Of a stretch of DNA of 57,716 nt, positions 7,929-14,243 are shown one piece after another. Source of the stretch: a virus; the IMG/VR virus record IMGVR_UViG_3300044759_000129, positions 1 through 57,716 of that record, one strand, 5' to 3'. The notes below the pieces were generated by a model. That model saw nothing but the letters and a program-made list of their open reading frames with translations, searched no databases and had not been told where the DNA came from. The first letter of the stretch is position 1. Each line of letters begins with the position of its first letter. A program made the translations under genes and the position numbers.

Positions 7929-8380
7929 CCACGTTCCTGGTGACCGCGCACCTGATCGCGGCCCTCAACCAGCACCCGACCCTCCCCTCCTGGACGCTCG
8001 AGGAGGAGGCGCCCGCCGAACAGCAGCCAACCCTGGGACCCGTCCGTACCGGGCGTGCCACCCGCTATGGGGACAGCCTCTTCGTCGGACGACCCCTGGG
8101 GTGTGGCGGTGTCTACCGCAGCGGCGACCCCAGCATCCTTGCCGTACCCGTGTCTCGTTATTCCGAATGGCCATGTGGGACGACCCTCCGCGTGACCGGC
8201 CCGTATGGGACCGTCGTCGGCACCCGGCGGGATAGCTGCCCCGGGTGTGATACCTACGGCATCCTGCTGGACATGGCGGACGCCGGGCATCGGATCGTCT
8301 GTGGTCCTGGTACCTGCACCGTCACGGTCCAGGAGGTGCTGAGCTCGGGCGGCCGGGGCTGGCGGGAGCTGGCCCTATGA
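7925..8380 (+). CDS. RlpA-like double-psi beta-barrel (DPBB) protein with N-terminal membrane anchor
   Basis: Motif GRATRYGDSLFVGRPLGCGG...CGTTLRVTG...DSCPGCDTYGILLDMADA. Putative TTG start at 7925 overlaps the upstream stop; the ORF track starts this ORF at 7874. Confidence 0.6.
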   Translation: MTTFLVTAHLIAALNQHPTLPSWTLEEEAPAEQQPTLGPVRTGRATRYGDSLFVGRPLGCGGVYRSGDPSILAVPVSRYSEWPCGTTLRVTGPYGTVVGTRRDSCPGCDTYGILLDMADAGHRIVCGPGTCTVTVQEVLSSGGRGWRELAL

Positions 8381-8469
8381 GCGTGGTCCAGATTGTCCTG
8401 CTCGGCGCCCTCGGCTGGCTGCTCAGCTGCGGCTGCACGGTGCTCTTCATCCGAGCCCTGACCCGATGA
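8377..8469 (+). CDS. Tiny membrane protein (30 aa)
   Basis: MSVVQIVLLGALGWLLSCGCTVLFIRALTR; ATGA coupling. Confidence 0.4.
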   Translation: MSVVQIVLLGALGWLLSCGCTVLFIRALTR

Positions 8470-8591
8470 ACAAGAACGTCGACGTGGTCGTCTGGCTGCT
8501 GGTCCTCCTGTTCCTGCTCGCCCTCGGCTGGGCCATCCGCCTGTGGAACGACAGCGCGCCCTGGCCCACGGCGCCCTGGCCCGCCCGATGA
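8466..8591 (+). CDS. Tiny membrane protein (41 aa)
   Basis: MNKNVDVVVWLLVLLFLLALGWAIRLWNDS...; ATGA coupling. Confidence 0.4.
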   Translation: MNKNVDVVVWLLVLLFLLALGWAIRLWNDSAPWPTAPWPAR

Positions 8592-8686
8592 CCCGCAACC
8601 ACTGGCTGCTGCTCGTCCTGGTCGCCCTGTCCGCGCTGCTCCTGACCTGCGGCGTGCGCCTCCTGCTGCCGGCGGTCGGCCGATGA
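8588..8686 (+). CDS. Tiny membrane protein (32 aa)
   Basis: MTRNHWLLLVLVALSALLLTCGVRLLLPAVGR; ATGA coupling. Confidence 0.4.
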   Translation: MTRNHWLLLVLVALSALLLTCGVRLLLPAVGR

Positions 8687-8934
8687 CCACCAACCGGGGC
8701 GAACTCCTCTACCGCAAGTCCACCGAGGCCCGTGGCACCTGGGCGGAGGTCACCTCACTTTGGGAAGAGCCGCCGCTCGACCCGGCCGAGGCCGCGCTCC
8801 TGCAGACGAAGCGCCCGCCCCGGTTCGACATCCCCAGCCGACGGCCCCAAACACCAGATGACCCAGACAACGGCCGCAGCGGACGTCAGGACGCGTCTGG
8901 TGCGCCATTAGCAGATCGTCCGGAGACACCATGA
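8683..8934 (+). CDS. Hypothetical protein (83 aa)
   Basis: ORF track; coupled to its neighbours. Confidence 0.5.
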   Translation: MTTNRGELLYRKSTEARGTWAEVTSLWEEPPLDPAEAALLQTKRPPRFDIPSRRPQTPDDPDNGRSGRQDASGAPLADRPETP

Positions 8935-9251
8935 GCACGGTGCGCGAGGTCCTGGTCCGGACCCGGGAGCGTATCGAGCGTCCCGATCACTGGTGCCAGC
9001 ATGTGGGCGCCCTCGCCGCCGACCGCCGCGTGGTCAGGCCCGCCGACCCGGACGCCTGCCGCTGGTGTCTGTCGTCAGCACTGTTTGACGATCGGGGAGC
9101 GGACCCGTATGGGAACGCCACCATCGGGGCCGGTGCGCTGCTGGCCCGGCTCGTTCCGGGGCGCGACGTCATCCGCTTCAACGACACCCACACCCACGCT
9201 GAGGTGCTCGCCCTTCTGGATTTCGCAATAGCGCAAACGGAGGGACCATGA
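8931..9251 (+). CDS. Hypothetical protein (106 aa)
   Basis: ORF track. The motif FNDTHTHAEVLALLDFAI is typical of a recurrent phage family that I cannot name with certainty. Confidence 0.6.
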   Translation: MSTVREVLVRTRERIERPDHWCQHVGALAADRRVVRPADPDACRWCLSSALFDDRGADPYGNATIGAGALLARLVPGRDVIRFNDTHTHAEVLALLDFAIAQTEGP

Positions 9252-9496
9252 TTTCGAGCAGGCGTATCTTCCGTTGTCTCCAGCCGGGCTGCACCCGCGA
9301 GGTCAGTGGGCCGGGCCACCGCTGCCGGTCCTGTGCACGCCGCTCCCGCTGGGACACCTATCACCGCGAGCACCGTGGGATTGACCCGGTCGCCGCCAAG
9401 CAGGAGGTGGTGCGGCTGGCGCTGGCCCCGGACCGCAGCCCCGCGTGGTTCACCCAATGGGAGACGGCGCTCGCTGCGTGGAGGAACGCGGCATGA
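9248..9496 (+). CDS. Zinc-ribbon-like hypothetical protein (82 aa)
   Basis: CLQPGC...HRCRSC. Confidence 0.5.
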   Translation: MISSRRIFRCLQPGCTREVSGPGHRCRSCARRSRWDTYHREHRGIDPVAAKQEVVRLALAPDRSPAWFTQWETALAAWRNAA

Positions 9497-9544
9497 CCCC
9501 ACACCATGCGCTGAGACGCGTTGTGGCGTACGGAGGGACGCGCA

Positions 9545-9778
9545 ATGGACGTGTATGACTATCGGGGCCAGCGCCAGGACGAGCCCGACAATCGGGACGA
9601 CGCGCTCTGGATGGCGGGCTACGAGCAGGGCGTCGCCGAGGGCGTCAAGATGGGGACGGCGCTCATGGACCAGGTGCGAGAGGCGGCCCGGGAGGTCTAT
9701 CGCTGGAAGGGCTCGCCCGATACGCCCTGGCACGCGGCCATCACCGCGCTCGAGGCCCTGCTCGAGGCGGAGGCATGA
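9545..9778 (+). CDS. Hypothetical protein (77 aa)
   Basis: GGAGGGA SD plus internal ATG of ORF 9521..9778. Confidence 0.5.
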   Translation: MDVYDYRGQRQDEPDNRDDALWMAGYEQGVAEGVKMGTALMDQVREAAREVYRWKGSPDTPWHAAITALEALLEAEA

Positions 9779-10068
9779 GCCTGCCGCCCGTCACGGAGAA
9801 GCAGCTTCAGGCGCAAGTCCTCGATCTCGCCCACGTGCTGGGCTGGATGACGTACCACTCCTGGATCTCGATCCGTAGTGCGCCAGGATGGCCGGACCTC
9901 GTCCTGCTGCGCCCACCCCGGATCATCTTCGCCGAGCTCAAGACGCAAAACGGCCGCGTCAACGTCGCGCAGCACCAATGGCTCGATGCGCTCGGCGACT
10001 GCCCCGGCGTCGAGGTGTTTTGTTGGCGCCCGTCCGACCTCGAAGCCATCGCCGAGCTCTTGCGGTGA
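9775..10068 (+). CDS. VRR-NUC domain nuclease
   Basis: Motif GWPDLVLL...IFAELKTQNGRVNVAQHQWLDAL. Confidence 0.8.
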   Translation: MSLPPVTEKQLQAQVLDLAHVLGWMTYHSWISIRSAPGWPDLVLLRPPRIIFAELKTQNGRVNVAQHQWLDALGDCPGVEVFCWRPSDLEAIAELLR

Positions 10069-10138
10069 ACCGGTGAGACGAAACTGGACCCGCGTGGTGG
10101 TTGCACGACTCGACCGCAGAACACGGGAGGTGATACCG

Positions 10139-10534
10139 ATGCGTGACGACTTTTCGACCCTATTACGGTCCTACCGCGAGCGCGCCGGGCGCTCCCGCAA
10201 CAACCTCGCCCACGAGATTGGCATCGACCCTTCCTATTTGACCAGGTGTGAGCACGGCGACCGCGACCCCCCGCGCCAGCACATCATCGAAGCCCTGGCC
10301 CGCGCGTTGCGCATGAGTGTGCCCGAGCGCAACCGGCTGCTCGTGTCTGCGGGATTCGCGCCGCTTAGCGTGATGCAGCTCGGGGCCTGGGATGATGCGC
10401 TCCAGGCGGTCACGGATGTGCTCAACGACGTTCACCTGTCGCCTGAGGAGCGCGATGAGTTCCGGAGTGTGGTGCGCCTCATCGCTGCCCGCTGGCGCGG
10501 CGGCGCGAAGCTCAGCCCGCGGTTCGCCTCGTGA
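10139..10534 (+). CDS. XRE-like HTH transcriptional regulator (131 aa)
   Basis: GGGAGG SD plus ATG at 10139. Motif RNNLAHEIGIDPSYLTRCEHGDR. Confidence 0.7.
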   Translation: MRDDFSTLLRSYRERAGRSRNNLAHEIGIDPSYLTRCEHGDRDPPRQHIIEALARALRMSVPERNRLLVSAGFAPLSVMQLGAWDDALQAVTDVLNDVHLSPEERDEFRSVVRLIAARWRGGAKLSPRFAS

Positions 10535-10704
10535 CCCAGCCGGCGCCGGATCCGCCGACGACGGCCCAGGACACCCGCGCCCAGGACGAGCTCTGGCTCC
10601 TGGTCAAGGAGGTGCGCCAGCGCAAGGGCCCCCGCCAGCGCACCTACGTCATCGACTTCGGCTCCGCCGTCGTCACCGTCACCATCCGAAGAACCAGCCC
10701 CTGA
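10531..10704 (+). CDS. Hypothetical protein (57 aa)
   Basis: GTGA overlap start; hand-translated. Confidence 0.3.
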   Translation: MTQPAPDPPTTAQDTRAQDELWLLVKEVRQRKGPRQRTYVIDFGSAVVTVTIRRTSP

Positions 10705-10717
10705 GCAGGAGGACGAT

Positions 10718-10942
10718 GTGCATCGGGTAACCGTGATGCTGAGTGATGAGGAGTGGGCGGCGGTGCGGGAGGAGGCGCGGCGCGAGATGCGCACGCCCGC
10801 CCACCAGGTGGTGTACTGGGTGCGGCGTGGGCTGGCGGTCCGGCACGCGGGCGTCGCCCGGGAACCCGGTGGGGAGCTGCGCGGGGGTCCCTCACCAGGC
10901 GAGGCGCTCGCAGATCGCCGTGAACTCGGCGAGTCCGGCTGA
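10718..10942 (+). CDS. Ribbon-helix-helix protein
   Basis: GTG start after GGAGGA. Motif VTVMLSDEEWAAVREEARREMRTPAHQVVYWVRRGL. The 3' end overlaps the convergent endolysin reading frame. Confidence 0.55.
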   Translation: MHRVTVMLSDEEWAAVREEARREMRTPAHQVVYWVRRGLAVRHAGVAREPGGELRGGPSPGEALADRRELGESG

Positions 10943-11146
10943 GCCGCCTTGCACCGCCTTTCTCGCCGCCGGCCAATCACCGGCCTCGCACATCGCCTTG
11001 ATGCCACGTTCTCTCCAGTAGCACGCGAACACCTCGGCCGCGATCCCCGCCTCGAGCGCTTTGTCGGGATTGTTGACGAGCTGGTCCCCGACCCCGATCA
11101 GGTTGCCGTAGGTTCTATAGTTCGACTCCCAAGTAAGCTGGATAAA
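10892..11146 (-). other. C-terminal part of GH19-like endolysin, in the -1 frame relative to 11098..11625 (no start codon of its own)
   Basis: Hand translation FIQLTWESNYRTYGNLIGVGDQLVNNPDKALEAGIAAEVFACYWRERG... continues the GH19 motif YYGRGxIQLT. Confidence 0.7.
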
Positions 11147-11625
11147 TAGCCCCTCCCGTAGTATGGCCAGTACCGTAAGTTTTCTTTACGCCACGCCTCG
11201 CCGACCCAGAACGCTTCGCGTACCGGCTCGAAGGTGGAGGCCGTCTCAATCTTGGTGGTGGCTACCACGCCCGCCGCACTCGGCTGCGACCACTGGTTGT
11301 AGAGGTGGAGGCTGGCGCTGATGCCAGGCCAGTGCAGCCGGATGTTCTCCAGCGGCACCTGGTCATTGCAGGCGGCGCGAATTTCTTCTGCAGACCAGAA
11401 CTGCCAAGGGTCGCCAAGGACGGACGGTGGTGGCGGGAGCGGCGCGGCGAGCAGATCGGCGACCGATGCCTCCGAAAAGGTGTAGCAGCCCGCGCCGGGC
11501 ACATCGACCAGCACCGCATTCGTGAACGCCTGATAGGTCCCGCCCATCGGATGGGGCAGCTCCTCGGTCAGCGGGTCACCAAGTCGGCCCTGCCACTGTT
11601 CAACCCGATCCGAGATGTTTGTCAT
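11098..11625 (-). CDS. GH19 (chitinase-like) endolysin, N-terminal and catalytic part as sequenced; interrupted by a frameshift
   Basis: AGGAGGAG SD plus ATG at 11625. Motif KIETASTFEPVRE...YWPYYGRGY, then premature divergence and a stop at 11098. Confidence 0.7.
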   Translation of the reverse strand: MTNISDRVEQWQGRLGDPLTEELPHPMGGTYQAFTNAVLVDVPGAGCYTFSEASVADLLAAPLPPPPSVLGDPWQFWSAEEIRAACNDQVPLENIRLHWPGISASLHLYNQWSQPSAAGVVATTKIETASTFEPVREAFWVGEAWRKENLRYWPYYGRGYLSSLLGSRTIEPTAT

Positions 11626-11779
11626 CCCGCTCCTCCTTCTCCTGGCAGATGGCGCAGCGGAGGATGAGCGCCAGCGCCCCCCGGAACTCGGAGTAGCACA
11701 CCAGGCACTGGCAGTCCGGCCGCGCGTTCCAGATGATCGACGGCCGGTCCAGCGTCCCCGCCACGGGCTGCCAGCCCAC
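11600..11779 (-). CDS. Possible small Cys-rich protein (59 aa)
   Basis: GTG start overlaps the upstream stop. CQCLVC...RCAICQ. Overlaps the endolysin start. Speculative. Confidence 0.2.
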   Translation of the reverse strand: MGWQPVAGTLDRPSIIWNARPDCQCLVCYSEFRGALALILRCAICQEKEERDDKHLGSG

Positions 11780-11780
11780 C

Positions 11781-11927
11781 CTACATGGTCCGCGTGACGA
11801 TCTCCGCCAGACACCAGAAGGCGAGACCAGCGGCGAGGAGACTGAACCGACCGCCCGGCAGTCCCAGACTGGCCAGGATCAGCAAGATCAGCCCGACGAT
11901 CAGAAACGCCAACGCAAAGACATTCAC
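11781..11927 (-). CDS. Small two-TM holin-like protein (48 aa)
   Basis: AAAGGAGGAG SD plus GTG. VNVFALAFLIVGLILLILASLGLPGGRFSLLAAGLAFWCLAEIV. Confidence 0.45.
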   Translation of the reverse strand: MNVFALAFLIVGLILLILASLGLPGGRFSLLAAGLAFWCLAEIVTRTM

Positions 11928-12027
11928 CGCATCTCCTCCTTTTGGACGACCGTCGTGTCCCTAAGACGGATGGCACCACCCTCCATCAAATGGACGAGGG
12001 GGCCGGTACGCGATCTGCCCCTCCTTC

Positions 12028-12132
12028 TCAGTAACCCATGGGCCGCCACCGGCTCAACCAGACCAGAAATACCCCAATCCCCAGGATGAACCCCACCGTG
12101 AGCCCAATCAGGAGCCCCACCATGCCCTCCAT
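12028..12132 (-). CDS. Tiny single-TM protein (34 aa)
   Basis: GGGAGGAGGGG SD. MEGMVGLLIGLTVGFILGIGVFLVWLSRWRPMGY. Confidence 0.35.
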   Translation of the reverse strand: MEGMVGLLIGLTVGFILGIGVFLVWLSRWRPMGY

Positions 12133-12147
12133 CAGCCCCTCCTCCCA

Positions 12148-12282
12148 CTAGGGATCCGTCCAATTATCCCCCCACCGGTGGAGCTCCCAGGCGTCGTGCA
12201 CCACCGTCGCCAATGCGAGCAGCCCCACCGCCGTCAGCAACCCCAGTGCGACGGCCAGCGGCACCTCCTGCCACCTAGCCAT
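12148..12282 (-). CDS. Small single-TM protein (44 aa)
   Basis: The ATG overlaps the upstream stop. MARWQEVPLAVALGLLTAVGLLALATVV... Confidence 0.4.
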   Translation of the reverse strand: MARWQEVPLAVALGLLTAVGLLALATVVHDAWELHRWGDNWTDP

Positions 12283-12490
12283 GCGGCACCTCATCTTTGG
12301 ACGCTGCCCTCCAGATGTATTCGACAAACGCGTTGGGGATGTTCGAATTGACGAGGCGCATGGCTATCTCAGCGATCCGAATGTCGTCTGGCAGCAGCCC
12401 CGGGATGCCGGAGCACGCCACCACCCGATCCCCCTCCGTGATGAGGAGGAACCCGTCCGTATGAAAGACACGGCTCTCTGGGTCATCCAT
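12275..12490 (-). CDS. Hypothetical protein (71 aa)
   Basis: GGAGG SD plus internal ATG of ORF 12275..12541. Confidence 0.55.
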   Translation of the reverse strand: MDDPESRVFHTDGFLLITEGDRVVACSGIPGLLPDDIRIAEIAMRLVNSNIPNAFVEYIWRAASKDEVPHG

Positions 12491-12692
12491 GCGGCACCTC
12501 CACCAGCGCCGGCGGCTCCGGTGCTGCGTTGGGGACCACATAGGCGGCGCCCACGGTCAGGATGGTGGTGAGCGCCACCACGACGGCCGGCGGCACCACG
12601 ACCTCCGGCCAGACCACGCCCGCGATCCAGACCACAATCGTGGCAATGGCGCCGGCCACCCCGGCGGCGGTGACTTTGCGTTCCGGCTGCAT
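12483..12692 (-). CDS. Two-TM holin-like membrane protein (69 aa)
   Basis: AAGGAG SD plus internal ATG of ORF 12483..12749; two hydrophobic segments. Confidence 0.55.
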   Translation of the reverse strand: MQPERKVTAAGVAGAIATIVVWIAGVVWPEVVVPPAVVVALTTILTVGAAYVVPNAAPEPPALVEVPHG

Positions 12693-12773
12693 CGTGCTGC
12701 TCCTTCCCGTCATCCTCCCGGTATACTGGCCCCGACCCGTCGCCGCCATCTCCTGGCCCAGCGACGGGTCGCC

Positions 12774-13073
12774 TCATGTCCGGCGCCGGCGGGCCCCGAC
12801 CCGGCGCCGCTCCTCGCGCAGCGCCTCCCGCTCGCGCTGGCATTCCTCGAGCGCTGCCCGCAATGCCACGACCTCGGCCCGCAATTCGGCGCGTAAGCCG
12901 TCGGCCTCCTTCATGACCCGCTCCTCCCGACTGTCGGTCAGCGTCACCGCCTGCTGCGCCTCGGCGGTCTTGCGCTGCTGGCGCCCGATCCAGGCCGCAC
13001 CGGCCTGGGCGATGACCGCCACCAGCACGACCTGGAACAGCGTGACCAGTGCCGGTTCCGCTTCGGGCGGCAT
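12774..13073 (-). CDS. Membrane-anchored coiled-coil protein (99 aa), possible lysis accessory
   Basis: N-terminal TM segment, then the coiled-coil stretch EADGLRAELRAEVVALRAALEECQREREALREE. Confidence 0.6.
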   Translation of the reverse strand: MPPEAEPALVTLFQVVLVAVIAQAGAAWIGRQQRKTAEAQQAVTLTDSREERVMKEADGLRAELRAEVVALRAALEECQREREALREERRRVGARRRRT

Positions 13074-13487
13074 CTAGGCGACGGTCGGCCGGCGCAGCCA
13101 GTCCCAGTACATGCGCCACAGCACCAGGCTGTGGGTCAGCACCAGCCAGAGGTAGAGCGCCAGCTCGGCCTTCCCGCCCTCGAGCTGCTGCCCGACCGCC
13201 CAGGCCAGGCTCACCAGGATGGCCCAGCCCACGATGCTGGCGCCGACCCCCACGACCTGCACCCGCCAATCGGCGAGCAGCAGCCCCACGAGCTGGAGGC
13301 CGCCGGCCAGCGCCATGTTGAGGCCAAACAGTCGGGCCGGCAGGTCGTTGGCCAGCGCCGTGCCCAGCGCGATGAGCAGCCCGAACCCGCACGTCAGGCT
13401 CCCTGTGGCGAGTGCCAGCGGCTCGACGTCATACAAGAGCACGATGCTGCGTACGCGGCGCAGCGGCGCGCTGAACGCGGTCTCCAT
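13074..13487 (-). CDS. Polytopic (about 4 TM) membrane protein (137 aa)
   Basis: ORF track; four hydrophobic stretches. Confidence 0.6.
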   Translation of the reverse strand: METAFSAPLRRVRSIVLLYDVEPLALATGSLTCGFGLLIALGTALANDLPARLFGLNMALAGGLQLVGLLLADWRVQVVGVGASIVGWAILVSLAWAVGQQLEGGKAELALYLWLVLTHSLVLWRMYWDWLRRPTVA

Positions 13488-13508
13488 CGCGGTCAGACGT
13501 CCCCTCCT

Positions 13509-14243
13509 TTAGAAGGTCTCCAGCAGCACGTGGAACGCCGTGAAGCCCAGGTTCCCGCTTGCCTGCCCGGTCACCTTCAGCGTCTTCGCCGCCGTCGAGT
13601 CCTCCCCGATGCTGCGGTGCGAGCTGGTCGCGGTCGCCGTGTTCAGCACGCCCGTATTCGGCGGGTCATTGCCGCTGTCCACGCCGCCCAGCGAGAACAG
13701 GAAGGCGCTGCGCTGCGCATTGGTGGCGCCGTGCGCCGCCAGGGTGCCCTGCAGCGTGAAGGCGTAGCCGTCGGCGCCGGTGGTCGAGGTCGCCAGGCCG
13801 GTCACGTGCATCCAGCCGATGAGCGTCGCCCCGTAGTAGACACGCACGTCGACCGTGTGCGACGCCCCGGTCACGTTGGCGATCTGGCCCTCGAGCGTCA
13901 GGCGCAGGATGGTGCCGGTGCCCAGCGTGCCGCCCGCCACCGCGTAGGCCCACCAGTCCGCCTCCGCGCCCGCCGTGAGCGACGCCCCGGTCGTGTTCTT
14001 GGTCAGCGTGGTGCTGGGCGTCGCGGCATCCTCATACGTAGGAGGGGCGTCGCCGTGCGCCGTAAGCACCTGTCCCTCAGTCCCGTTATCCACCCCCTGG
14101 GCGTAGCCATTGGCGTCGGTGTACGGCGTCTGCCAGGGCTCCTTCGGCAGCCCCTGCGTGCCCGGCGCCGCCTCGTTGGGCTTGCGCCCCAGACTGCGCG
14201 GGCCGACCTGGTGGGCGGGCTGGCCGATGAGCTGCGGCTCCAC
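13509..14243 (-). CDS. Tail fibre / receptor-binding-like structural protein (244 aa)
   Basis: GTG start coupled to the upstream stop; G/T/A-rich beta-type sequence at the distal end of the tail gene block. Confidence 0.55.
   Translation of the reverse strand: MEPQLIGQPAHQVGPRSLGRKPNEAAPGTQGLPKEPWQTPYTDANGYAQGVDNGTEGQVLTAHGDAPPTYEDAATPSTTLTKNTTGASLTAGAEADWWAYAVAGGTLGTGTILRLTLEGQIANVTGASHTVDVRVYYGATLIGWMHVTGLATSTTGADGYAFTLQGTLAAHGATNAQRSAFLFSLGGVDSGNDPPNTGVLNTATATSSHRSIGEDSTAAKTLKVTGQASGNLGFTAFHVLLETF

Noticed and set aside
11924-12163. The 79-aa minus-strand ORF overlapping the tiny TM ORFs in the lysis cassette
   Set aside because: It is a Gly/Arg-rich shadow frame. The alternative small ORFs have strong SDs and clear transmembrane segments.
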